Source: Octopus sinensis | Lineage: Eukaryota | DNA length: 64,000 nt | Assembly (NCBI RefSeq): GCF_006345805.1 | Contig: NC_043014.1 | Location: forward strand, 124,001-188,000 | Direction: 5' to 3' | Shown: piece after piece, positions 35,275-47,247 of the stretch | Layout of the letters: each line of letters begins with the position of its first letter | How positions within the stretch are numbered: the first letter of the stretch is position 1 | Notes under the pieces: generated by a model | Databases searched by the model: none | What the model saw: the letters and a program-made list of their open reading frames with translations, nothing else | What the model was told of the DNA's origin: nothing | Program-made: the position numbers and the translations under genes

Positions 35275-36930
35275 GCAAACCTTTTGTAACAGTTCTATTT
35301 TCCTTTATATTCGTCTTGATGCCTTCTGATACTGTTCCCAAAGATCCAACAATAATTGGCACTATCTTCACTTTCTTCATTTTCCATAACCACGCTAGTT
35401 CATACTTAAGAGGGTTGTATCTATCTATCTTTTCGCCTTCCTTCTTAATTATTCGTTGGTCAAAGGGGCATACAACATCAACTATATAGCATATGTGGTG
35501 CACCTTGTCCACCACCACTAGGTTTGGTCTGTTATGCTCTAGCACCTGATCTGTTTGGATTAGGAAATCCCAGAGGATATTGCTAGTCTCCAAATCTGCC
35601 ACTCTCTGCAATCTGTGCTCATACCACGTCTTGTCTCTCTCTAGCCCCCACTTTTTTCACACTTTTCAATGTAACACTTTCGTTACTTGGTTGTGTCGCC
35701 ACAACTTGTAGTGGTTCTGGGCATGTCTAGGGCATTCGTTAATGATATGGGCAATGGTTTCATCCACCCTATTGCTGATGTGGTACAGTGGAGACACTTG
35801 CTCATTCCTCAGGTTGACCCTCCAGTTCATGGTCAGAGCTTAGTCCTGCGCTGCCAGTATAGTAATCTCAGTCTCTTTTTTGACGTTTCCTTTCATAAGC
35901 TAATCCCCCCTATTTTTGCAGAAACTTTTGTTGTGGCTACATGGAATTGATTGTGTAGTCCCTTCTTGCATAATTCTTCTTCATGTCCTTTTTGTACTTC
36001 TTCCTTTGCTTTCCCTTTTTTCTCTGCTCTCAATGCTCCCTCATTCCTGTCACTAGCAAGGTTTCCTTACTTTGGGTTAGGTATTTCATAAAACTCTTGA
36101 GTTTGATATGCATGCAGTCTTTCACACTTATCAGACCCCTTCCTCCATTTGCTCTCTTCATGTATAGGCGGTCAAAATCTGCATGTGGATGATGGGTTCC
36201 ATGCATCGTTAGGACCTTTCTTGACATCCTGTCCATCTCCTTTAGCTCCTCCTCTATCCACTTCAGGATTCTAATGCCATACCGAACTACTGCGACTGCA
36301 CATGAGTTTATTGCCGAAATTATGTTTCTGGCATTCGACTTTGATGCCAATATTTTTCTCACTCACCACAGGTACTCTCTTTTTTTGTTTTCCTTCATGT
36401 CATGGTGTTTGATTCCATCTGCCTCAAGTATTCCCAGGTATTTATAGCTGGATTGAGGTTGAATTGCCTTCATCATTTCACCACTTGGCAACCTCATGCT
36501 TCTGTCCTGGCAAGCTTTCTGCATCTCATCGCCATCATAGCACATTTTGAGAGTTCAAATTCCATCTTAATATCATGGGAGAAAATCCGCACAGACTGGA
36601 CTAGCCTGTCTAGTTCTGTCTCAGTTTTTGTGAATAGCTTCAGGTCATCCATGAATAGCAAGTGGTTTAGTTTTTCCTTACCTCTTCCCAGATTATATCC
36701 CAACTTTGTTTTTTGTAGTATTTCACTCAAGGGGATCATTCCTAGTACAAATATCAGTGGGGGGGGCATGTCCCACTGGAAGAGTCCTCTTTTGATTTTC
36801 ACCTCTTCTAATACTTTCTTCCCTGCTGTCAATTCTGTTCTCCAGCATTTCATGCTATTCCATATAAGGCTTCCCTTATTCTCTACTACTCTATATATTT
36901 CCATTGTTCTTATTAACCAGGAGTAATGTG
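35275..36930 (-). mobile_element. R4/Dong-like LINE, family B, decayed
   Basis: GLFQWD...NHLLFMDDLKLF; YKYLGILE; RLYMKRANGGRGL; RLE HNRPNLVVVDK...IVPIIVGSLG. Confidence 0.9.
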
Positions 36931-36965
36931 TATCTATTATTACTACTACTACTACTACTACTACA

Positions 36966-37712
36966 TGTTTGACTTTTGCTTTGTATTTGTACAATTTGGC
37001 TCCAAGTCTCACTCAGAGACCTCAAGAGACAAGTTAGAAGTTCATGTTGGTGTTATACCCAAGGTGTCATATATTTGGTTTTGCACATAGTATTGTTCTA
37101 CAGAATGTTTTAAGAAAACGTAAGAAAATTATGAGTTTATTTTAAAATTTGAGATTACATAGTATTTTACGTAGAATATGGGCGGTTTCTATGAGCACTA
37201 TCTTTTGAATTTCTGCCATTTTGGGGTTTCCTGGTATCTGAGCTAGGTAACAATCAGCCCCTTTTGCTATCATTCCTAGGGCCACCTATGACAACAGGTA
37301 TTGTTTTAGACTTGAGGTTCCACATTTTGTCAATTTCTATTTCAAGATCTTTATACTTCTCAGTTTTTGGCAGGTCTTGACAGATACATTTATGTCGATT
37401 GGGACAGTCATATCAATGAGGAGGCATGATTTTTGTCGGAAGTCTTTCAGTATAATGTCTGGCCTATTTGCATTTATTTTTCTGTCAGTTTGAATGGTGA
37501 AGTTCCAGAGGAGTGAGATGTGATCATTTTCAAGCACTGGAGGTGGTTTCTATCCCCACAAGTTTTTATCATGGGGCAGGTCCAGGCTTTTGCAAACTAT
37601 CCAGTAAATATATTGTGCTGCTCTATCACGCCTGTTGAGATACTCTGTAGGCACAAGAAGACTGCACTTGGAGACAACATGATCAATGGTTTCATTTTGT
37701 TATTGGCATTTT
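36966..37712 (-). mobile_element. R4/Dong-like LINE, family A, second copy (3' part)
   Basis: Near-identical to 12326-13070; 3' end abuts (TAC)n at 36930-36965. Confidence 0.9.
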
Positions 37713-37715
37713 CAT

Positions 37716-39575
37716 GACTAGTATTACGCACTTATAGCAAATTCTATGCCTGTATCTTTGCTGAAGAGTCTTACAGTTTGTATTAAGTAATCTATCTCTT
37801 TTTCATTCTTATGAGAAAGCTTCAGATCATCCATGTTGAGCAAATGGTTAATTTTTCCTTTACTATTTCTGAACTGATGCCCTGCCTTTGCCTTCATCAT
37901 CATCATCATCATCATTTAGCGTCCGTTTTCCATGCTAGCATGGGTTGGACGGTTCTACTGGGGTCTGTGAAGCCAGAAGGCTTCATCAGGCCCAGTCAAA
38001 TCTGGCAGTGTTTCTACGGCTGGATGCCCTTCCTAACGCCAACCACTCCGTGAGTGTAGTGGGTGCTTTTTACGTGCCACCCGCACTGGTGCCAGACAGA
38101 GCTGGCAAACGGCCACGAACGGATGGTGCTTTTTATGTGCCACCGGCACGAGGGCCAGGCGAGGCTGGCAACGGACACGAAACGGGGCGGTGCTGGCAAC
38201 GGTCGCGAAACGGAAAGTTCTCTTACATGCCACCGGCACTGGTAACACATCTGCAATTTCCATTGATCGATTTCCATTGATCGATTTCGATTCTGATCCT
38301 CACTTGCCTCAATGGGTCTTCACAAGCAGAGTTTCGACATGCCACCGGCACTGGTAGCACATCCGCAATTTCCATTGATCGATTTCGATTCTGAGCCTCA
38401 CTTGCCTCAACACGTCTTCACAAGTAGAGTTTTGTGTCCCAAGAAGGGAAGGTATGCATACGTAGGCTGGCTCCATCCCATGTAGAAGGCCACGGGTTGT
38501 GGACTCACTTGTCCTGCCGGGTCTTCTCGCGCACAGCACACTTCCAGAGGTCTTGGTCTCTAGTCATTTCCTCAGTGAGACCTAAAGTTCGAAGGTCGTG
38601 CTTCACCACCTCGTCCCAGGTTTTCCTGGGTCTGCCTCTTCCACAGGTTCCCTCAACCGCTAGGGTGTGGCACTTTTTCACACAACTATCTTCATCCATT
38701 CTCGCCACATGACCATACCAGCGCAAACGTCTCTCTTGCACACCACAACTGATGCTTCTTAGGTCCAGCTTTTCTCTCAAGGTACTTACACTCTGCCGAG
38801 TGTGAGTACCGGCATTACACATCCATCGGAGCATACTGGCTTCATTTCTAGCGAGCTTACGCATATCCTCAGCAGTCACGGCCCATGTTTCACTGCCATG
38901 TAGCATGGCTGTTCGTACACACGCATCATACAGTCTGCCTTTCACTCTGTGCGAGAGGCCTTTTGTCACCAGCAGAGGTAAGAGCTCTCTGAACTTTGCC
39001 CAAGCTATTCTTACTCTAGCAGTTACACTTTCAGCACACCCGCCCCCGCTGCTGACTTCCTTAATACTAAACTGAGAGGGATCAAACATCAGACAAATAT
39101 TAAAGGGGATATATCTGGCACTTATTCTCTTTATCTGCTACTACTAAATCAGGCCTTCTAGCTTCTATTACTCTGTCTGTCTGAATGTTAAAGTCCCACA
39201 ACATCTTATATTTCTTACTTTCTAGTAATTTACTAGGTTCATGTTCATACCATTCATTATTATGTTCAAATCTTAGCTTTTACATAACTCCCAGTGGATT
39301 ACACTCCCTAGGTTGCCATCTCTTTTGTATTCTTTCTGTGCCAGCATGCTACAAGCACTTACTATATGAGTAACACTTTTCTCTTTTGATTTGCATAAAT
39401 TACATTGGGAATCTACTTGGTTTTTGTCTATCTTGTTTCTATCCAATAAGTTCTTCATGCTTGATTTTGTGCAGCTACTAACACACTTCCTTCTCCCTTT
39501 TCAGCTTTCCTTTCTGCAACCATAGCCATTTATCACTACTACTATTTGCTGCAACTATCTTTGGGAATCTACCAT
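37716..39575 (-). mobile_element. R4/Dong-like family C fragments (37716-37895, 39056-39125, 39126-39575) interrupted by a young RTE
   Basis: LIPLSLVLR | KAKAGHQF...INHLLNMDDLKL joins across the RTE; CNLCKSKEKSVTHIVSAC knuckle; similar to 47248-50037. Confidence 0.8.
37896..39055 (-). mobile_element. Young 5'-truncated RTE LINE with an uninterrupted ORF2 C-terminal frame and full 3' UTR
   Basis: ORF 38505-39089 open through ...GTCGRGRPRKTW...EKTRQDK*; (GAT)n tail; CTTC on both flanks. Confidence 0.92.
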
Positions 39576-39576
39576 G

Positions 39577-39619
<43 letters not shown>

Positions 39620-39625
<6 letters not shown>

Positions 39626-39908
39626 TCCACCTTAGTGAAGGTGGAGGTATTATTTTCAGTTGTGTTTGTTTGTTTGTCCATGGACAAGATATCTCAAGAA
39701 CCACTGGATGGATTCGAAGGAAACTTTCAGGGATGTTTGGCCTCATTACTGGCACAAACTGATTAGATTCTGGGATCAATCTGGTACTGGACAAGAATCC
39801 TGGATTATTTTTCCTGTTTTTTTACTTAATTTTTTAGTTCAGTCAGGTTCATTTTTAGTATTTTCGTTTGTGAGAGCAGTCAAGTTTATTTCAGATATTC
39901 TCATTTTA
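39620..39908 (+). mobile_element. Helentron-type non-autonomous element (HINE/DINE-1-like), 3'-truncated
   Basis: Perfect terminal hairpin TACCTCCACCTT-AGTG-AAGGTGGAGGTA (39622-39649), GTTT microsatellite, inverted copy at 50075-50432; follows (TTA)n 39577-39622. Confidence 0.75.
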
Positions 39909-41254
39909 TTTTATTTAACAATAATGGAGTTTAAAGGTGATTCTCTCTGGTCAGGAATACATCTTTTTGGTACACTTGATTAGGATCTTGAGAGTGAAAC
40001 CAACAAAGTCAAGATTTGAGCAAAAAAAATATGATTCATCAATGTGTGGTAAATTTTCAACTTCAGTTCTGTATACCTTCATCTCATGAGGTCAGTATTT
40101 TTTGATCTTAAAGAACATATTGTTTTAGTATGTTTTTATATTAATGTAAAATAGTGATATACATATAAAGAATTGATGTATAAACATTAAAAAAATAAAA
40201 CCATAATATTCAAGAGTTCAATTAGTCTTTAAACTTCAATAGATTATTACATTGCCGTTATTCCAAGTGGGGTTGACTTGCATGCATATACATAATTGAC
40301 TAAAACAATCTTTAAGAGCAACATACTTAGCAGAAAAACATGAACTTCACATGTAGTTCATACTTTAATTGTGCTTGACAGCTGTTTCATTAAGATAAAC
40401 AGCATTAAATGCTTAATTGCATAATTGCGATACATTATCAATTAATTTAAAAACCGTGTTTATCTAAATTATCAGGAATATTGTATTATGTTAATAAGAA
40501 AACTGTTTCTAGTTTACATCAAGCCAGAGAAACTGCAAGAAACACTAGAGAACATTTTGGTGTCAGAGCATCTGTTCTTGAGGAATGATCTTTACTGAAG
40601 TAGAAACCTTTACATTGCTACCTTTCTGAAGTTTGACACCAAATAAGAATGGTTAGAAATGTAAGAATGTGTTTAATAGAAAGTTGAGGTTGGAGGAAAT
40701 ATGAGCTAGTTCGATACTAAACCAGTTGAGTGATGAATGAGTAAAGATTGATTTTGCAGTTGATGATGATGTAAGAATAAAAATTTATATATTGAAAATT
40801 TCAAAAAGACTAAACTTGGAATAAATCTGAGATGTTTCTGGGTTTATAGGTGTCACTAATCTAAATGGAAACAGATATTTTGTCATACAATGGAAACAGA
40901 TAAAGCTAGTAGTCAATTGAAGCAACAGTAGTAGTAGCTGTAGTAGTTGTTGCTTAGTTTCAGGTCTGCTCTGATTAAGCTAACCTGTGAACAAAGGCAT
41001 TCCAGCTGTACTGGCCTTCTGGGGTTTCTTTTTTTTTTTTTTTTTTGTCTTTTTGCTCAAACTTAGTGTATCTAGGACTAAATTAGTCAATGTGCCCTTC
41101 GCTTTTTAACATAATAGTGTGTAATGAAAAGGAAATTTGGCCATTGTTTCTCATTGATCAAATTGATCACATTGAGATGTTACATACTGTAAAGGCAGAT
41201 TCCTAGTTAATAAATCATTTGTTAAAAATCTGTAAACGAGCCCTAATTTTTATA

Positions 41255-41655
41255 GGCGCAGGAGTGGCTGTGTGGTAAGTAGCTTGTTTACCAACCACAT
41301 GGTTCCGGGTTCAGTCCCACTGCGTGGCACGTTTGGCAAGTGTCTTCTACTATCGCCTCAGGCTGACCAAAGCCTTGTGAGTGGATTTGGTAGACGGAAA
41401 CTGAAAGAAGCCCGTTGTATATATGTATATATATACATACGTGCGTGTGTATATTTGTGTGTCTGTGTTTGTCCCCCTAGCATTGCTTGTGTGTTTATGT
41501 CCCCGTTACTTAGCGGTTCGGCAAAAGAGACTGATAGAATAAGTACTGGGCTTACAAAAGAATAAGTCCCGGGGGTCGAGTTGCTCGATTAAAGGCAGTG
41601 CTCCAGCATGGCCGCAGTCAACTGACTGAAACAAGTAAAAGAGTAAAGAGAATAA
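41255..41655 (+). mobile_element. SINE family 1, full length
   Basis: Near-identical to 9713-10125. Confidence 0.9.
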
Positions 41656-41963
41656 AGGGAAACTTGAATTTACAGTCAGACTGTTTCTATAATAAAATTG
41701 GCTCTACACCCAATATTGAGTCCTTTCATCTGTAAATATTTGTTACTTATCACTTAACACTCTTATCATTAATAATGTGGAGGAAAGCTGACACTGTTTC
41801 CTATAGATATCATATTAAACAGTCAACTGTCATTGTCTTTCAGTCTTCAATATGATGTCTTTTATTGAAGATATTTTCATATTTTGTTATTAGTCTTTCA
41901 TATCTAGTTTACAGCAATAACATTCCCGACATTATTGTTTCAAACTACGCATTTGTGTATGTA

Positions 41964-41995
<32 letters not shown>

Positions 41996-42029
41996 TGAGT
42001 GTGTGTATATATATATGTGTGTTTGTGTG

Positions 42030-42510
42030 TAGGACAAGTGAGACCATAACCCGTGGCCTCTGCCTGGGGTTTAGCCAGTCCACTTATGCATACCTTTCCT
42101 TCTTGGGACACAAAACTCTACTTGTGAAGACCTGTTGAGGCAAGTGAAAATCGAAATCGATCAACATCAATGGAAATTGTAGCTGTGATACCAGTGCTGG
42201 TGGCACATAAGAGAACCATCCAAACGTGGTTGTTGCCAGCGCTGCCCCAACTGGCCTCCATGCCGGTGGCACGTAAAAAGCACCATCTGATCGTGGCCGT
42301 TTGCCAGCCTCGTCTGGCACCTGTGCTGGTGGCATGTAAAAAGCACCCACTACACTCACAGAGTGGTTGGCATTAGGAAGGGCATCCAGCTGTAGAAACA
42401 CTGCCAGATCAGACTGGAGCCTGCTGCAGCCTTCTGGCTTCCCAGACCCCAGTTGAACCATCCAACCCATGCTAGCATGGAAAGCGGATGTTAAACGATG
42501 ATGATGATGA
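42030..42510 (+). mobile_element. RTE 3' UTR with a single (non-duplicated) UTR module and (GAT)n tail
   Basis: Homologous to the reverse complement of 37896-38500. Confidence 0.85.
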
Positions 42511-42514
42511 TATA

Positions 42515-42735
42515 TATAAACATATGATGGATTCTTTTGGCATGGACGACAAATGTGAGTTCAGTAAAATAAAGTGGTGATCATGAACATGTCTCTTGAA
42601 TCCCACTGGTGCTTTGCAAACCTTTTGGCAAATGGAACAAGTTGAGGACTCAGTTTTCTTGAGTGTGTTAAAGGAGTAAAGTTTGAGTACAGAACTGGTG
42701 GTGGCTTGTTCAACCAACAGCACTTCAAAGCATAT

Positions 42736-42740
<5 letters not shown>
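42515..42740 (-). mobile_element. Probable RTE-BovB-type ORF2 C-terminus with C2H2 finger
   Basis: CSICQKVCKAPVGFKRHVHDH fits C-x2-C-x12-H-x3-H; single finger, no TGEKP linker. Confidence 0.5.
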
Positions 42741-42767
<27 letters not shown>

Positions 42768-42769
42768 AT

Positions 42770-43603
42770 TTCATCATCGTCATCATTGTTTAACGTCCGC
42801 TTTCCATACTGGCATGGGTTGGATGGTTTGACTGAGGTCTGGCAAGCCAGAAGGCTGTACCAGGCTCCAATCAGATCTGGCAAAGTTTCTACAGCTGGAT
42901 GCCCTTCCTAACGCCAACCACTCCGAGAGTGTAGTGGATATATATATATACATATCCAAAAATGGCTTCGAAGGATACATAATTCTAGTGGATACTGTGT
43001 TCCCTCTTATCATTTGTCAGTACTGGCTAGCCACAGTGAATGTTGGGGAAACTCAAGTTAGTTAAAATTTACTATACTCAGTTAAATCTCACTTGGTAAA
43101 TCTAAATGTCTTTAAAGGACTGCATAGTTTCAGTAGATCTTTATTAATTTCATTGTTTATGTATATATATATATTAGATAATAAAATGAATGGTTTATAC
43201 CTGGTAGCTTACTGGTAAAGCAACTGTTACTTTCGTAGTGTACATTATGTACATGGTAAATGAGAGACAGAAGATGGAAAACACGAGAATTTTTATTAAT
43301 CACTACATTTGTTTTGACTCAGATAGCATCGATCCCTCACAAGTGGGATACTTAACAACTGGTTCAGGAGCATCCGATGGTGCTGGTGTGTCTCTTTGGG
43401 TAATAAATATATATATATAAAATTTGTTAAAATTTGTCCTCATGAATGTCAACAATTCAACACAGTTTTTATCCAATTCAGCTGATTGTTTTGTCGTTAT
43501 GGTGAGCTTTACTTGCTCATACTGCAGAACAACTAGGAAAGAGATTGAGGACAGTAGTAAAATGTACTCTATGATAGATAGAACCACTATGAGAAAGAAA
43601 GGC

Positions 43604-43640
<37 letters not shown>

Positions 43641-44488
43641 ATATTCATCATCGTCATCATTGTTTAACGTCCGCTTTCCATACTGGCATGGGTTGGATGG
43701 TTTGACTGAGGTCTGGCAAGCCAGAAGGCTGTACCAGGCTCCAATCAGATCTGGCAAAGTTTCTACAGCTGGATGCCCTTCCTAACGCCAACCACTCCGA
43801 GAGTGTAGTGGATATATATATATACATATCCAAAAATGGCTTCGAAGGATACATAATTCTAGTGGATACTGTGTTCCCTCTTATCATTTGTCAGTACTGG
43901 CTAGCCACAGTGAATGTTGGGGAAACTCAAGTTAGTTAAAATTTACTATACTCAGTTAAATCTCACTTGGTAAATCTAAATGTCTTTAAAGGACTGCATA
44001 GTTTCAGTAGATCTTTATTAATTTCATTGTTTATGTATATATATATATTAGATAATAAAATGAATGGTTTATACCTGGTAGCTTACTGGTAAAGCAACTG
44101 TTACTTTCGTAGTGTACATTATGTACATGGTAAATGAGAGACAGAAGATGGAAAACACGAGAATTTTTATTAATCACTACATTTGTTTTGACTCAGATAG
44201 CATCGATCCCTCACAAGTGGGATACTTAACAACTGGTTCAGGAGCATCCGATGGTGCTGGTGTGTCTCTTTGGGTAATAAATATATATATATAAAATTGT
44301 TAAAATTTGTCCTCATGAATGTCAACAATTCAACACAGTTTTTATCCAATTCAGCTGATTGTTTTGTCGTTATGGTGAGCTTTACTTGCTCATACTGCAG
44401 AACAACTAGGAAAGAGATTGAGGACAGTAGTAAAATGTACTCTATGATAGATAGAACCACTATGAGAAAGAAAGGCATATATATATAT

Positions 44489-44520
<32 letters not shown>
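42770..44520. repeat. Tandem duplication, 2 x about 874 bp, bounded by (TA)n tracts; each unit starts with an RTE tail (-)
   Basis: Offset 874 (42783/43657, 43238/44112), changing to 873 after a 1-bp indel near 43425/44297. Confidence 0.95.
43323..43505 (+). CDS. Candidate host exons 43323-43399 and 43482-43501/43505, duplicated at 44197-44273 and 44355-44378
   Basis: tttgttttgactcag|AT...TGG|gtaata and tttttatccaattcag|CTG...; joined frame DSIDPSQVGYLTTGSGASDGAGVSLW-LIVLSLW*. Confidence 0.35.
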
Positions 44521-44523
<3 letters not shown>

Positions 44524-44524
<1 letters not shown>

Positions 44525-44720
44525 CCAGACGCCATGATAGATCGTTAGCCACTACACACATTTTTTTCTCTCCTTGTTTTTTCTGTGTCCCTTTCTGTAG
44601 AAGAGCATAGGCTCGAGACGTAAAAGACTTCTTCTATTCCTGAGCGTTATACTAATACATCTGTTTGTTTTGTACACCACCTGTCTTCGTCTTTTGTTTT
44701 TTTTTTGTAAACTCTCCCTA
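44524..44720 (+). mobile_element. Interspersed repeat resembling a Penelope-like terminus; diverged copy at about 34260-34420
   Basis: TTTCTGTAGAAGAGCATAGGCTCGAGACGTAAAAGAC versus TTTCTGTAAAAGAACTTATGCTCAAAATCTAAAAGGC; class assignment is inference. Confidence 0.45.
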
Positions 44721-44829
44721 TATATATATATATATCAATACATATGCTAACACTACTTCGGTTTGCGAGATTTGAACTCTTCAGTCAGTAAATCATCACT
44801 ATGTCAACTCCCAACAACAATATTAAGAT

Positions 44830-45005
44830 TTATTACCCTACATGCATAAGCAAAAGCAGTGTATTGTAATCTCTCATCTCTGTCTGTTTGTCACGTCTTT
44901 GAAAAATTACTGGGAAACGGGCAGAACTGATATTCACCAAATTTGACAGGAATACTCATTAGGTGAATGGCTCAAATGATGAAAATTTGGTTTGATTAAA
45001 CATGC
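44830..45005 (+). mobile_element. Possible second HINE-like family, fragment
   Basis: TTATTACCC start, CTGTCTGTTTGTC tract, CACCAAATTTG, as in DINE-1/HINE 5' cores. Confidence 0.4.
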
Positions 45006-45480
45006 ACAAATACATACAGATTTGCATCTGTGTGTGTGTGTGGGGGGGGGATTTGAGTGTTTCGTTTATTTATGAGTTGGTATCTTAATTTCACCAGAGT
45101 ATAAATACCTATAATGGTGATACTTAAAGAAAAAATTGAATTCAGTTCAATTAAAAAGCGTGGGTAAGCAATGCATTGTAAGCCACACTATAATTTGCAA
45201 AAGACTTTATCTGCATTCTGGTTATGCATCATCCCTCCAATACCTTTTTTTGACTCATTTTAATTAGTTTTATTACAAATATCTGTACTAAATGTCAGAA
45301 GTTGTGGCTATCGTCTATTACACATACAAACACACTCACACATGCATAGCCATAATTTCTCATTCTGTACATTTGTGTGGGTCTGCATTCGTTACTATCA
45401 AATAGCTTCTTGTGTATGCTACACTTTTTGGGGACTGGATCTCAAAGCACACATAATGTTATAAATAATAGATTAAAAAA

Positions 45481-45521
45481 CCCTTTCTAGGAGATGTGGG
45501 TTCAAATCCCACATGCAGCCT
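45481..45521 (+). pseudogene. tRNA 3'-half remnant, Leu/Ser-like with long variable arm
   Basis: GTGGG-TTCAAAT-CCCAC T-arm, variable-arm-like CTTTCTAGGAG upstream; no 5' half visible. Confidence 0.4.
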
Positions 45522-47194
45522 TTGACCTTTTCAATTCAAAAGGGATTTTCAACCCAATATTTGCATATTATTTATAGTTTTATGCCTGCTTTGAAATCCA
45601 GTTCCATAAAAGAATTATTTCACAATATTTTGAAAGTTTAAAGAATTCCTATGACAGCAACAATATATATATATAGAGAGAGAGAGAGACAGACAGACAG
45701 ACAGTGTACTGTTCAGTGATGATAACATCAACAAAAAAGTACTTTATCGGGTGAGATACAAATATCATTTAGTAAGCACAATATATGTTTCCATGTGCTG
45801 AGAACAGACCAAACGTTGTTTTATAACATGTCTGGAGTCCTAGCATAACAAACTAAAAACAGAGCGAGAGAAAAAGCAAGAAAAGATGAGAAGGTTGAAA
45901 ACCCAGAAAACAAAATAGGTAATCAGAAAGAAAAAAAAACAGACAGATTAGTAGCCAATGTGATTTTAAGGTCTCATTGACTAAAGGTAGAAATAAGTTA
46001 TTTCCTAAATTTATCAAAGAGTGTGACTATCACATTTAAGCATATGATTTAGACCACTACTTGATAAAGCGATCAAATTTACCAATTATTATGTTAATAT
46101 AGACCCTATAGACCTGAATTTGATCAAGTATGCAAGGAAAACACTACTGAGAAATATATCACCATTGATTTCAAATGTTGCTGTTTCTGTTTTTGAAGAT
46201 TTATTTACTAGTCAAGTGTTTGTTTTGTTTTAATCTTTGAGTCATTTCAAAATAATTCCTCCCTCCAAGTCAGGGAGATTTTTTATCAAAGGTTATAGAT
46301 TTGTCCTTCCTCAACAATGAGACACATCAAAATATTCGCAAGATATCTTTCCAAATTAGGGTCAGCGTCAACAGGTGACACTTCTAAAATATTTTCAGAT
46401 TATTATTTTTTTCTCTTTATATCAAAAAAACTATTTCTTAACCTTTTCCCCAAATGTCATGAAATTAAATGGCATTATTGATTGTTTAATCAGTTAGGTT
46501 CAGCTGGTTTTTAGTAGCTACAAGTATTTTTTTTAATGAAATTTTCTTATTTCTTAGAAACAAACAAATGAAAGTTTTTGTACAAATAAAATGTTTTTCT
46601 TTTTTTCAATTATTTAATTTTTTTGATTTTGTAATGAGAAAATAAACTTCACATTTTCTTGGAATTTTGTGTTTTACAAATAACGATCAAATTTGGATGC
46701 AAACATTTAAAAGTAACTTTTAACAATTGACACTTCTCACACATATTGTTTTTTTTTTTTGTTTTTTTTTGTAAAGTGTGTGTGTTTGTGTTTTTATTCA
46801 AGCCACAACAGCATTTAAAGGAATGTCTGAAAAGAATAAACAGGTATAATTACTATGCCCACCACATCCATTTTATCCATCACTCATCTTCAAAATCTTT
46901 TACAACCTTTAACCCCAACCTTCATCTACCTGTCAGTCAATCCCTCCATCACTCTCCTGTCTACTGTATTATTCTGAAGCAATAAATAATGAAATTAGGA
47001 CCGGTTACTACAAACCATTTCTGTATTGCCAGTCACCACTCTCTCTCTCCCCTCCTACTCCCAATTGACATCTGTTCCATCCATCATTCTTATTTGCCAT
47101 CAATCATCCCCACCCCTCTTCATCACACTTTACAGTGGAGGAGATGATGCAGGCAAGTCCAAAGATTAAATCTTTGGTGACATGGTAGTGCTGA

Positions 47195-47247
<53 letters not shown>
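47195..47247. repeat. (TAG)n tract at the 5' junction of Dong family C
   Basis: Direct reading. Confidence 0.95.

Noticed and set aside
38505-39089. 194-aa ORF as an intact gene or autonomous element
   Set aside because: It is only the C-terminus of a 5'-truncated RTE ORF2, with its N-terminal residues read from flanking Dong sequence
42577-42639. C2H2 zinc finger as part of the octopus ZNF gene expansion
   Set aside because: Single finger, no TGEKP linker, no splice context; better explained as the C-terminal finger of an RTE-type LINE
43303-43405. Minus-strand terminal-exon reading RDTPAPSDAPEPVVKYPTCEGSMLSESKQM* followed by AATAAA
   Set aside because: Weak acceptor compared with the plus-strand reading of the same bases; not excluded but less supported
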